Source: Sulfuricurvum sp.
Lineage (GTDB): Bacteria; Campylobacterota; Campylobacteria; Campylobacterales; Sulfurimonadaceae
NCBI RefSeq assembly: GCF_028681615.1
Contig: NZ_JAQUHV010000012.1
Span: forward strand, 9,152-73,151
Length of the DNA: 64,000 nt
Direction of reading: 5' to 3'
Shown here: piece after piece, positions 53,600-63,063 of the stretch
Layout: each line of letters starts with the position of its first letter
How positions within the stretch are numbered: position 1 is the stretch's first letter
The notes under the pieces: generated by a model
Databases searched by the model: none
What the model was told of the DNA's origin: nothing
Seen by the model: only the letters and a program-made list of their open reading frames with translations
Made by a program: the position numbers and the translations under genes

Positions 53600-54376
53600 T
53601 TAGAGCCCGATAATAATGTGAAGAGGAGAGATAATAGCGTAAGCAGTCATTCCGACTTTGAGATTTTGGAGAGAGTCCTGTTTATCCAAGGCGATGAGGA
53701 GGGTGCCTCCGCTGAGACGCAATCCGATCTCGATATTGTCTCCCGAAGTTTCGAGGGTTTCGATCGTACCGGAGAGGATATTATCATCGGTGTCGGAAGA
53801 GGGCTCTGTAGAGACGATACTAATATCACTCGATTTAATAATCGCGTAGGTGTCGCATCCGACGCTCAGCCCCATATTAAGTACCGATTTTGCGGTGATG
53901 GTTGAGCGCATGACGTCCGAACCGCTGAGGGCGAGGGTGAGGGTGGAATGCAGGCCGTTCGTATGGATCTCTTTGAGAACACTCGGGAGCTGATTGCGTG
54001 CGCTGGTGGTGAGGAACGTACGGCTGAGGATTCGTGCCAGACGTTCGGGATCGTTGCCCGCTTCCGAAAATCGGTCGATAAACTGTCGGTGAAGCTCGTT
54101 AAATCGGTGGAATGTTGCGATAAGTTCACGGGCATAGGGGGTGAGTTTCGTCCCACCGCCCCCTTTGCCTCCGGTAGTCCGTTCGATGAGGGGCTGATCG
54201 GCGAGGGCATTCATGCCGTTGATACGTTCCCACGCCGCCTTGTAGCTCATTTTCATCTCTTTGGCGGCGGCGTGGATCGATCCGATCTTATCGATACGCT
54301 CCAGCAGCTCTATCCGCCCGCTCCCTAAAAAACTTTGCCCATCTTTGGTGAGCCAAAAACGTCCGTCGATCTTCAT
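53600..54376 (-). CDS. modE: molybdate-responsive transcriptional regulator ModE (full length: HTH plus di-TOBE/Mop domain)
   Basis: 258 aa. SIHAAAKEMKMSYKAAWERINGMN, TTGGKGGGGTKLT and TSARNQ align with E. coli ModE (SISQGAKDAGISYKSAWDAINEMN, ATGGKGGGGAVLT, TSARNQ). Confidence 0.85.
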   Translation of the reverse strand: MKIDGRFWLTKDGQSFLGSGRIELLERIDKIGSIHAAAKEMKMSYKAAWERINGMNALADQPLIERTTGGKGGGGTKLTPYARELIATFHRFNELHRQFIDRFSEAGNDPERLARILSRTFLTTSARNQLPSVLKEIHTNGLHSTLTLALSGSDVMRSTITAKSVLNMGLSVGCDTYAIIKSSDISIVSTEPSSDTDDNILSGTIETLETSGDNIEIGLRLSGGTLLIALDKQDSLQNLKVGMTAYAIISPLHIIIGL

Positions 54377-55167
54377 TAGAGGCTAAAACTGTGCTGCATA
54401 GGCACTTCGATGGTTTTGAGGGAAAATTCCCCGCCGAGAAAGAGGTAGGAAGCCAAAACACCTTGCGCTAAAAGCATATCGGAACCGTCTTTGTAGGGGA
54501 GGCCGCTGATTTTGATTTCACGTAAAAAGGGGGTCTCTTTGCCGTAGATGACATCGACAGCCCCTTTTGAACGCGATAGGAGTTCTATAAGCAGCGGTCG
54601 TGGGATCGGTAATTCGTTATCACTCAGCCCTGCCGAAGTAGTGTTGATGATAAGATCATAATCATCGGCGGTAAAGCCGTCCCAGCAGTATGCTTTTATC
54701 CCTTCCTGGATAAAAAAGTCCAAACGACCGGAGGAGCGGTTGAGGACGGTCGGAGTGATCTCACCTTGGCGCAATGCGATGGAGAGGGCTCGCGCCGTCC
54801 CGCCGCCGCCTAAAATCAATGCATTTTTGATAGGTCCGAATGACTGGATAGCACTCATGAAACCGTCTGCATCGGTGTTATAGCCGATCAGCTTCCCTTT
54901 TTCATAGACGAGTGTATTGACGGCTTTGATCGTTTTGGCGATTCCGCGTACTTCGTCGCACTGAGCATAGGCCGCTTCTTTATGGGGAACGGTAACGTTG
55001 GCGCCGCTGAGTTTTTTGGATTCAAAAACATTGCGTAATTGTGTGCCGTCACTAAGATGGGTTCGTGAGTAGCAAGCACTGACGCCCAGTCTTTTAAAGA
55101 CGCTGTTATGCATCAACGGTGAGCGTGAATGGTGTACCGGATCACCGAAGATGCTAAAGAGTTTCAT
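54376..55167 (-). CDS. aroE: shikimate dehydrogenase
   Basis: 263 aa with FGDPVHHSRSPLMHN, NVTVPHKE, NTDADGF and LGGGGTARA. Its TAA overlaps the modE ATG (TAATG). Confidence 0.85.
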   Translation of the reverse strand: MKLFSIFGDPVHHSRSPLMHNSVFKRLGVSACYSRTHLSDGTQLRNVFESKKLSGANVTVPHKEAAYAQCDEVRGIAKTIKAVNTLVYEKGKLIGYNTDADGFMSAIQSFGPIKNALILGGGGTARALSIALRQGEITPTVLNRSSGRLDFFIQEGIKAYCWDGFTADDYDLIINTTSAGLSDNELPIPRPLLIELLSRSKGAVDVIYGKETPFLREIKISGLPYKDGSDMLLAQGVLASYLFLGGEFSLKTIEVPMQHSFSL

Positions 55168-56654
55168 AGGGGATCGACCAGATCATCCAGCGTGCTTGTA
55201 AGTGCGCCGAGTTTGTTGGTGACTTCGAGGTATTCGAGTTCGTGAACGGAGTCGGCAACGACACCGGCACCCGCTTGCAAAATCACGTAGTCAGGCTTGA
55301 TAAGGGCGGTGCGGATCGTGATCGCACTGTCCATATTGCCATCGAATCCGAAATAGCCGATCGTACCGCTGTAAAAGCCTCGTTTTACCCCTTCAAACTG
55401 GGCGATTAACTCCATCGCACGGATTTTAGGCGCACCGGTCATGGTTCCGGCGGTAAAAGTCGCGGCGAGAAGATCAAACATATCTTTATCGTCGGCGATT
55501 TGGGCATGTACGTCCGAGACGATATGCATAACGTGCGAATAGCGCTCTACGTGCATCATCTCTTCGACTTTAACCGTTCCGGTCTTTGCGACTCGCCCGA
55601 CATCGTTACGCCCCAAATCGATCAGCATCAAATGCTCTGCGAGCTCTTTCGGATCGGAGAGGAGTTCCTCTTCGAGTTCCAAATCCCGTTTTTTATTGAT
55701 TCCTCGTTTACGGGTTCCTGCGATCGGTCGGAGCAAGATATCGCCGTCGCTCAAACGAACCATCACTTCAGGAGAACTGCCGACGATACTGAAATCCTCA
55801 TACTCCATTAAATACATATACGGAGAAGGGTTTTTAAGTCTCAAAATACGGTAAAAACTAAATGGATCTACCTTGGCATGACGGATATAGCGGTTTGTCA
55901 TCAGGATTTGGAAAACATCCCCGCTTTTAATCATCTCTTTGGATTCATCCACCATAGAGAAAAATTTCTCTTTGGTATGGATAAATTCGCCCCCTTTATC
56001 GTCGGCTATTGCTTTGAGAGGCGTGTAGTGATAAGGGGCTTTGAGTGTCGTTTCGATCTCTTCGAAACGGCTTATCATTGTATCGAGACAGCTCATCAAA
56101 GTGATCGTCGCATTTTTATGCGAAACGACGAGGGTAAGTTTCGGAAGAATCAAATCCATATCCGGCGTTTGTGTCTGATCGACAAGCCCACTCATATAAT
56201 CTTCGAGAACATGCTCGAAAACTTGCACCATATCGTATCCGATAAATCCGATAAATCCGTCGATATACCCCACTTTCAAGGCACGTGCACGTTCGCGATA
56301 TGCATTCTGGTCGAGTTTGCGATAATACTCTTTCAAAAATTCAAACGGAGAAACATCGAGCTGATGCGTTAATCCTTCTGCATCGATGTAGGAAGTTTTT
56401 CTGTCGGCATAGGTGAGACGTTCACGTGCACCGATTACGATAATCGTATAATTGCCTTCACTGTTTCCGGCACTCTCAAATAAAAAACTTACTTCACCGG
56501 GGAAAAGGGTTTTAGCCTTTTCATACACGGCAATAGGGGCAAATTGATCGAGAGAAAAATGGCGCGATGTAATCACATTATTTCCCTGTAATATATGCGC
56601 CGGCTTCGATGTTCTTACGAACGGTTCCGAGTACGTCGCGTGCTGCTTTTTCAC
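55164..56654 (-). CDS. trpE: chorismate-utilising enzyme, most likely anthranilate synthase component I
   Basis: Contains LRPIAGTRKRG, GAPKIRAMELI and GYFGFDGNMDSAITIRT. The longest ORF overlaps the SPOR gene by 77 nt. A GTG at 56576, 2 nt after the SPOR stop, is a plausible true start. Confidence 0.7.
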   Translation of the reverse strand: MKKQHATYSEPFVRTSKPAHILQGNNVITSRHFSLDQFAPIAVYEKAKTLFPGEVSFLFESAGNSEGNYTIIVIGARERLTYADRKTSYIDAEGLTHQLDVSPFEFLKEYYRKLDQNAYRERARALKVGYIDGFIGFIGYDMVQVFEHVLEDYMSGLVDQTQTPDMDLILPKLTLVVSHKNATITLMSCLDTMISRFEEIETTLKAPYHYTPLKAIADDKGGEFIHTKEKFFSMVDESKEMIKSGDVFQILMTNRYIRHAKVDPFSFYRILRLKNPSPYMYLMEYEDFSIVGSSPEVMVRLSDGDILLRPIAGTRKRGINKKRDLELEEELLSDPKELAEHLMLIDLGRNDVGRVAKTGTVKVEEMMHVERYSHVMHIVSDVHAQIADDKDMFDLLAATFTAGTMTGAPKIRAMELIAQFEGVKRGFYSGTIGYFGFDGNMDSAITIRTALIKPDYVILQAGAGVVADSVHELEYLEVTNKLGALTSTLDDLVDPL

Positions 56655-57450
56655 CTTGGAAAGGTCCGACCATAACTTTGGTTGCTGAACCGCTCGGTAC
56701 GGTAATATATTTCAATCCGCTTGCATTGAGACGATCGAACAATGCTTTATTCGGTTCTTTAGAGAAAGATCCCACTTGGATGAAATACGTTCCCTCAGTA
56801 TCTGCAGTTGCTTTCGCAGCCGGCTTTTCAGCCGGTTTTGGAGTAACTGCGGCAGATGGTTTTGTTTCAGGTACGGCTGTTTTTTTAGTTTCTGTCACTT
56901 TTTTCGGTTCAACCGGTTTGGCATTTTTAATCGTTGGGGTATTGATTACCGGTTCTGCAGCTTTAGGTGCACTTTTTACAACAGTCGGTTTCGGTTCTGC
57001 TTTTGGGGCAGGGGAAGGCTTGACTTCAGCTTTCGGTGCTGCAGCTACAGGAGCAGGGGTACTTGGTGCCGGAGTTTTAGCTTGAGGAGCCGGAGTATTC
57101 GGTGTTTCAGCTTTCGGTTGTTCTGCCGGAGTGTTTTGAAATGACTCCTGTTTGATTTTTTGTGCTATTTTCCCCAAGTCTTGAGCAGAGGTTTCATTGC
57201 CCCCTTCTTGGATTACTTCTACCGGCTCAAAGAGAGGATCATCAACGATTTCAGTCGGTGCAGACGGTGTCGGCGGAACTGCTGCATGCGGAGGCTGCTC
57301 TTCGGTTTGGGTTTTGAGCGAATTCATAATCACCAATACAATGATGAGAATTAGAGTTAATGCCGCAATTGCCAACAACAGCTTTTTACTGTTTGATCCT
57401 GATCCGCTTTTATTGAGGATAATATCGTTGAGTTCGTTTTTTTCTTCCAT
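56578..57450 (-). CDS. SPOR-domain membrane protein (DedD-like)
   Basis: 290 aa with one TM segment, a long Pro/Ala/Lys-rich linker and a C-terminal SPOR domain (YFIQVGSFSKEPNKA...VMVGPFQGEKAARD). Confidence 0.75.
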   Translation of the reverse strand: MEEKNELNDIILNKSGSGSNSKKLLLAIAALTLILIIVLVIMNSLKTQTEEQPPHAAVPPTPSAPTEIVDDPLFEPVEVIQEGGNETSAQDLGKIAQKIKQESFQNTPAEQPKAETPNTPAPQAKTPAPSTPAPVAAAPKAEVKPSPAPKAEPKPTVVKSAPKAAEPVINTPTIKNAKPVEPKKVTETKKTAVPETKPSAAVTPKPAEKPAAKATADTEGTYFIQVGSFSKEPNKALFDRLNASGLKYITVPSGSATKVMVGPFQGEKAARDVLGTVRKNIEAGAYITGK

Positions 57451-57492
57451 CTTTGTCCCATTCCTTAGGTGTAATAGTTATAGATTGTCGAG

Positions 57493-58035
57493 TTACATAT
57501 GCTTCGACCATGAAGCACCGCGCTCTTTAGCGTAGACTTCATAGGGAAGGTTGAGAATATTGTATTCCGATGGCAAGTCGAGTGTCGGAAACATTCTCCA
57601 CTGTTTCGGTTGTTTTGCGGCCAATTTCATAGAAATCATTTTACCCAGTTGGTTGGCTTCTTGTAAAGTCGTATGTCCTTTGTGGATATAGACATGAAGA
57701 TGCCCGGGGGTCTTGGTCTCAAAAGCGGTAAAGTTGATAAATCCCTCTTCACGTAACAAAAGCTGCGCTTTGTGGTAAAAACGTTGAGGGTCGGTACCGT
57801 TATAATCGATAACGATATTTTCGACTTTGTCAAATTTATTGATCAGTGAATGGGCAACGGTGATCTGCCCTTTTAAGTGCTGGTCAATAATTGCCTGCGT
57901 CAGGGATTTGTCGATTTTTTCATATTTGTTAAAAAAAGTGCGCCCCTTGAAATCGATTTTATTGACGACGTTGTCATGTTTCAGCCAATAATGGTCCGAA
58001 ATCATTTTAATCAGTTTCATATCCATCGATGTCAT
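57493..58035 (-). CDS. conserved epsilonproteobacterial protein (DUF1882-like)
   Basis: 180 aa. Its position between glyA and the SPOR gene mirrors the C. jejuni lysS-glyA-Cj0403-Cj0404-aroE order as I recall it. Confidence 0.55.
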   Translation of the reverse strand: MTSMDMKLIKMISDHYWLKHDNVVNKIDFKGRTFFNKYEKIDKSLTQAIIDQHLKGQITVAHSLINKFDKVENIVIDYNGTDPQRFYHKAQLLLREEGFINFTAFETKTPGHLHVYIHKGHTTLQEANQLGKMISMKLAAKQPKQWRMFPTLDLPSEYNILNLPYEVYAKERGASWSKHM

Positions 58036-58046
58036 GGGCGGACTCC

Positions 58047-59294
58047 TTAATACGTTGGTTGTTTATAGATAATAAATCCGCGTGCTAAAGCTTGAAGCTC
58101 TTCTTTGATCGCGGCTTGTTTCTCGATATTTTCAATATCGTCCAAAACATCGGCAATTTTATTGGCAATAATTTCGAATTCTTTTTCTTTCATCCCGCGT
58201 GAAGTCAAAGCCGGGCTTCCGATACGGACACCGGATGTAACAAACGGAGAACGAGTTTCACCCGGAACCGTATTTTTGTTAACGGTGATACCTGCACGTC
58301 CGAGTGCCGCATCGGCCTCTTTTCCGCTGAACGGTTTGTTCAGGAAGGAAACGAGGATAAGGTGGTTATCGGTACCGCCGCTGACGATATCATAGCCGCG
58401 TTTCATTAACACGTCAGCAAGGACTGCCGCATTTGCTTTCACTTGTTTGGCATAGACTTTCCACTCAGGTGATAGGTTGTATTTGAATCCTACCGCTTTT
58501 GCCGCGATAACATGTACCAACGGTCCGCCTTGAAGTGCAGGGAAAATTGCAGAATTGATTTTTTTAGCAATTTCTTCATCGTTGGTCATGATCATACCGC
58601 CGCGAGGGCCTGCAAGCGTTTTGTGCGTCGTTGTTGTGACAACATCCGCATACGGGAACGGGCTTGGATGCTCGCCTGCAACGACAAGACCTGCGATGTG
58701 GGCGATATCGGCAAACAAGATTGCTCCGACCGCATCGGCGATTTCACGGAATTTGGCGAAATCGATCTCACGGGCATAGGCAGATGCACCGCACACGATG
58801 ATTTTCGGTTGAACGATTTTCGCGATGTCCATGACACGATCGTAATTGATGCGTCCGTCAAGCTCTACACCGTAGGAAAAACTGTGGTAATTTTTTCCTG
58901 AAAAGCTTACTTTTGAACCGTGTGTCAAATGTCCGCCGTGGCTGAGATCCATACCGAGGAGCTTGTCTCCCGCTTGGAGAAGCGCTGCATACACGGCACC
59001 GTTTGCGGAAGAACCGGAATGAGGTTGAACATTCGCAAATTTACATCCGAACAATTCACATGCACGATCAATCGCAAGCTGTTCGACACCGTCAGCGTAT
59101 TCGCATCCGCCGTAGTAACGTTTTGCCGGGTAGCCTTCCGCATATTTGTTGGTAAATACCGAACCCATCGCTTCCATTACGGCCGGAAGGGTAAAGTTTT
59201 CTGAAGCGATCATCTCCAAATGGTCGCTTTGACGTTCGAGCTCTTGCTCACATAGGGTGTAAATTTCGTTATCGAATTCTTTAAGGAAACTCAT
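58047..59294 (-). CDS. glyA: serine hydroxymethyltransferase
   Basis: 415 aa with SHGGHLTHG and the PLP-lysine motif [14 protein letters not shown]. Confidence 0.95.
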   Translation of the reverse strand: MSFLKEFDNEIYTLCEQELERQSDHLEMIASENFTLPAVMEAMGSVFTNKYAEGYPAKRYYGGCEYADGVEQLAIDRACELFGCKFANVQPHSGSSANGAVYAALLQAGDKLLGMDLSHGGHLTHGSKVSFSGKNYHSFSYGVELDGRINYDRVMDIAKIVQPKIIVCGASAYAREIDFAKFREIADAVGAILFADIAHIAGLVVAGEHPSPFPYADVVTTTTHKTLAGPRGGMIMTNDEEIAKKINSAIFPALQGGPLVHVIAAKAVGFKYNLSPEWKVYAKQVKANAAVLADVLMKRGYDIVSGGTDNHLILVSFLNKPFSGKEADAALGRAGITVNKNTVPGETRSPFVTSGVRIGSPALTSRGMKEKEFEIIANKIADVLDDIENIEKQAAIKEELQALARGFIIYKQPTY

Positions 59295-60808
59295 TCTTCT
59301 TCTCCGTTGTTGATTTGGTTGTGTTGTATCGGTTTCATTGCCGGGAAGAGCAATACATCCCGGATAGAGTGTTGGTTGGTCAGCATCATGACGAGGCGAT
59401 CGATACCGATCCCTTGTCCTGCAGTCGGAGCCATACCGTAGCTAAGTGCCGTGACGAAATCTTCGTCCATCTCATGGGCTTCATCATCGCCCGAGTCTTT
59501 AGCGGCCATTTGTCCTTCAAATCGTTCCAATTGATCTACAGGATCATTTAATTCGCTAAAAGCGTTTGCAATTTCACGTCCAGCGATAAAAAGCTCAAAG
59601 CGGTCGGTCAACTCAGGACGCTCATCATTGCGGCGTGCAAGAGGTGAAATCTCAACCGGGTAATGGGTGATGAACGTCGGATTGATCAGTTTGGCTTCAA
59701 CGAATTCATCAAATAATTCCCCTTGGAGCTGACCGAGATTCATCGCCGCATTGGCTTCTAGATTTTTCGATTTCAAGAATGCCAAAATGGCTTCTTTATC
59801 ATTGACGATATTTTCAGGAACGCCGCCGATAACACTGAGACTTTTAACCAATTCGATCTCGGTAAATTGATCAAAATCGACTTCAAGTTCACCGTACGGG
59901 AGGCGTTTCGGCAAATCAAGATGATCGAAGAGATATTCAAAATACTCTTTAGTAATCTCAATTAAATCTTTGTAGGTTTTATATGCCCAGTAAAACTCGA
60001 TAGAGGTAAATTCAGGATTATGCGTCGCATCCATCCCCTCATTTCGGAAGTTGCGATTGATCTCAAATACCGCTTCAAATCCCCCTACAATAAGACGTTT
60101 GAGGTAAAGCTCAGGAGCAATACGAAGATAGCGATCGACTCCGAGGGCATTATGATGCGTTACAAACGGTTTTGCATTGGCTCCGCCTGCGATGGGGTGC
60201 ATCATCGGTGTTTCAACTTCCAAAAACCCTTTGTCCTCAAAAAAGCGTCGGGTAAGACTGATTACTTTCGAACGGATATGAAATGTCTTTCGCACTTCGG
60301 AGTTCATGATCAGATCAAGGTAGCGTTGGCGGTAGCGCATCTCCTTATCCTGAATCCCGTGGAATTTTTCCGGCAGGGGAGAGATGGCTTTGGTCAATAT
60401 TTTCAGGGTGTCTGCATGCAAAGAGAGTTCACCGTGCTGTGTGATAAACGGATAGCCGCTTACTTCAATGATATCACCGACTTCGATCAGTTTTTTAAAC
60501 ACATCGTTATAAAAATTCTCAGGGAGATTGTCACGTGCGACGTAAATTTGGAGCATGCCGCTTTCATCTTCGATTTTAAGAAAACTCGCTTTTCCCATTA
60601 AACGATAGAGCTTGATCCGACCGGCTACGGTGTAATGACGGTGTTCATCACGTTTCTCTTCACTCTGAAACAAATCGGAGTTAACGTTATGAAATTTATC
60701 GATCGTCGTATTTCGGTTAGAATTGTTTGCATAAGGGTCGATTCCGAGAGCTCTGAGTGCTTCAGCTTTTTCGATCCGTTGTTGAACGTATTGGTTTTCA
60801 AATGCCAA
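59291..60808 (-). CDS. lysS: lysine--tRNA ligase (class II)
   Basis: 505 aa with an OB anticodon-binding N-domain and class II motifs ([24 protein letters not shown]). Confidence 0.95.
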   Translation of the reverse strand: MAFENQYVQQRIEKAEALRALGIDPYANNSNRNTTIDKFHNVNSDLFQSEEKRDEHRHYTVAGRIKLYRLMGKASFLKIEDESGMLQIYVARDNLPENFYNDVFKKLIEVGDIIEVSGYPFITQHGELSLHADTLKILTKAISPLPEKFHGIQDKEMRYRQRYLDLIMNSEVRKTFHIRSKVISLTRRFFEDKGFLEVETPMMHPIAGGANAKPFVTHHNALGVDRYLRIAPELYLKRLIVGGFEAVFEINRNFRNEGMDATHNPEFTSIEFYWAYKTYKDLIEITKEYFEYLFDHLDLPKRLPYGELEVDFDQFTEIELVKSLSVIGGVPENIVNDKEAILAFLKSKNLEANAAMNLGQLQGELFDEFVEAKLINPTFITHYPVEISPLARRNDERPELTDRFELFIAGREIANAFSELNDPVDQLERFEGQMAAKDSGDDEAHEMDEDFVTALSYGMAPTAGQGIGIDRLVMMLTNQHSIRDVLLFPAMKPIQHNQINNGEEE

Positions 60809-60827
60809 TGTATTTCCTTGTCTTTGT

Positions 60828-61310
60828 TTATTTTTTGGATTTTTCTTGGCAATTTTTGCAAATGCCGTATATCTGCATAGAGTGCTCTTGCATGATAAAA
60901 CCTAATTCTTCGGCGATCTTTTGTTGACGCTCTTCGATTGCTTCATCCACAAACTCGGTGATGCTGCCGCAAGTGGTACAAATGATATGGTCATGATGAT
61001 CTTTTGCCCCCAATTCATATTTTTTACCTTGTGCTCCGAAAGAGAGCGAAGTGACCATGTCGGACTCTTCTAATAGGGATAACGTCCGATAAACCGTTGC
61101 GATCCCGGTATTAAGATCGGGGTGTTTCTCTTGAATCAGATGATGGAGCCCCTCAGGGGTGAGATGCTCATCCGAGTTATAAAGCATTTCCAGAATGACT
61201 TCACGCTGGATAGTAAATTTGAGACCATTAACTTTTAGTAACTGTTTGAAGTCACTTAAAAGCTTGTTATATTCAATGGTTCTTTCAGTGAAATCGGTAT
61301 AAGAGTTCAT
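60828..61310 (-). CDS. fur: Fur-family transcriptional regulator
   Basis: 160 aa with a winged helix ([11 protein letters not shown]), [11 protein letters not shown] and a C-terminal CKNC. Confidence 0.8.
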   Translation of the reverse strand: MNSYTDFTERTIEYNKLLSDFKQLLKVNGLKFTIQREVILEMLYNSDEHLTPEGLHHLIQEKHPDLNTGIATVYRTLSLLEESDMVTSLSFGAQGKKYELGAKDHHDHIICTTCGSITEFVDEAIEERQQKIAEELGFIMQEHSMQIYGICKNCQEKSKK

Positions 61311-61313
61311 AAA

Positions 61314-61931
61314 CTATTGTTCCTTTTTCGATCCGTGTTTTGTATGTTTTTCTTTGGCAGCATCTTTCTTGGTTTCATCTTTTGACTCTACACTGGAATC
61401 ATTGTGCTTGGTTTGATTTTCATCCCCCACGAGTGATTTGACATCATTTGTCTCGATATGAAGAATAAAATCTCCTGTCGCAAACATCGGTTTGTAAAAA
61501 ATACTATTTGCCATTTTCGGCTCAAAATTCTCTTTAATTGCGGTAACGCTAAATAGAGCATAAACGATAATAGAGATAATAAAGAAAAATTTACTGCTTC
61601 CAACAAGAAAACCGAGTACTCGATCGAGTGGCCCTAAACCGCTAAGTGTACTTAATTTTTTAAACCCGGCGCCGAGAGCAACCATGAGCAACCAAAATAT
61701 CCCTAAGGCAAAAACAAAACCGACCAGATTGATCGCAGTCGACGTTTCAAAGTGGAAAAGATTGTCACTTAAAAATCTCCCCATGAATCCGCCGATATGG
61801 GAAGCGACATAGACGCCTCCCACAATACCGACCATCCCAAAAACCTCTTTGGAAAAACCGTTGAGCAACCCTTTGAGCCCTAACAGTAAAATAACTGAAC
61901 CAACAGCAACGTCAAAATAATTCATATCCAT
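61314..61931 (-). CDS. cvpA: CvpA-family membrane protein
   Basis: 205 aa, 4 TM segments, with an N-terminal FDVAVGSVILLLGLKGLLNGFSKE typical of CvpA. Confidence 0.75.
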   Translation of the reverse strand: MDMNYFDVAVGSVILLLGLKGLLNGFSKEVFGMVGIVGGVYVASHIGGFMGRFLSDNLFHFETSTAINLVGFVFALGIFWLLMVALGAGFKKLSTLSGLGPLDRVLGFLVGSSKFFFIISIIVYALFSVTAIKENFEPKMANSIFYKPMFATGDFILHIETNDVKSLVGDENQTKHNDSSVESKDETKKDAAKEKHTKHGSKKEQ

Positions 61932-62860
61932 TAAAACTCCATTTCGAGACGGTCTTTACCGTTCTTTTTTGCCCGGTATAAGGCAACATCCGAACGATTG
62001 ATAATTGCATCGATCGTGTCGCCTTCGATGATTTTAGTAAGCCCGATGCTTAGTGTCACCGGAATTTGTTGATTTTGAAACAACGGTTTATTGTTGCGGC
62101 AGAGATTTAACAGCCGTTCCGCTACCAGTTGAGCACCCGCTGAGTCGGTACGATTGAGGAGAATAATAAATTCTTCCCCGCCGAATCGATACACACGATC
62201 ACCGTCGCGTAATGCTTTTTTGAAAAGTTTCACGATAAAAATAAGGACTTTATCTCCGGCAATATGGCCGAACCGGTCATTAATAAATTTAAAGTCATCT
62301 ACATCGATCATAAGTGCAAAAATATCGTAATCCAGCTTTTCCTTTTCAAGGACGGCTCTTAAATATTCATGAAGAGCATAACGGTTATATGCTTTCGTCA
62401 GCGGATCGAGAGAAGTCTTTATTTCTAACGTTTTGACTTGTTCCATCAGGGTATGTATCACATCATTGGCACGGGAAACTTCATCATTTAAATGATCTTG
62501 AATGGCATTGAATTTTTCGGAAATTGTACCAAAATCAATCAACTTGGATGTAGCAGTTTCATTCAGTAACTGTGCATGTTTGTCGGTAATTTCACCGATT
62601 TTTGTGTTACTGGCTGAATATGAATCAATACTTCTTCGTGCAAGTTCCTTGTACTCTTCCGACCCGGTGCCGCGATAGGCCAGCAAATCAAACTCTCCTG
62701 ACGTGTACGATTCTAAAACTTCGTGGGTGGCATTAGAAATGAGCTCAGAAAATTCTGTAGGGGTAATGCTTTCTTGTAAGTTACTGAGTGACTCAAGTTG
62801 TATCGTGAGTTCTTTGCAAAAAAGGATAAGTAAAGGGTTGACTTGGTTGGTTTCCACCAT
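61931..62860 (-). CDS. diguanylate cyclase (GGDEF) with an uncharacterised N-terminal domain
   Basis: 309 aa with RFGGEEFIILL and an RxxD-like I-site region upstream. Confidence 0.8.
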   Translation of the reverse strand: MVETNQVNPLLILFCKELTIQLESLSNLQESITPTEFSELISNATHEVLESYTSGEFDLLAYRGTGSEEYKELARRSIDSYSASNTKIGEITDKHAQLLNETATSKLIDFGTISEKFNAIQDHLNDEVSRANDVIHTLMEQVKTLEIKTSLDPLTKAYNRYALHEYLRAVLEKEKLDYDIFALMIDVDDFKFINDRFGHIAGDKVLIFIVKLFKKALRDGDRVYRFGGEEFIILLNRTDSAGAQLVAERLLNLCRNNKPLFQNQQIPVTLSIGLTKIIEGDTIDAIINRSDVALYRAKKNGKDRLEMEF

Positions 62861-63063
62861 TTGACCTTATATGTGTTTTGAATGTTCAAATACTTCATTA
62901 ATCAATGAAGGAAAAGGTGAGTATTTAACTTTCTAAAAGTAATGCCATTATACTTTTTCTAACATAAATATAACTTTTGATCCTCTCAATCAGTCCTCTT
63001 TTAGGATAAAAGGATAAAATTCGTGAACTAATAATTATGGTGCGAGAGCACACAGGAGATGAT

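Noticed and set aside
56609-57144. Plus-strand ORFs of 158 aa and 122 aa (Gly/Ala/Phe-rich and Cys/Arg/Phe-rich)
   Set aside because: Antisense products of the repetitive Pro/Ala/Lys linker of the SPOR protein. Low-complexity coding DNA generates open frames on both strands.
62893-62910. Hairpin CTTCATT-aatc-AATGAAG in the GGDEF/DAHP-synthase divergent region
   Set aside because: A short AT-rich stem in a promoter region with no partner motif elsewhere in the window. There is not enough evidence to call it a regulatory site.
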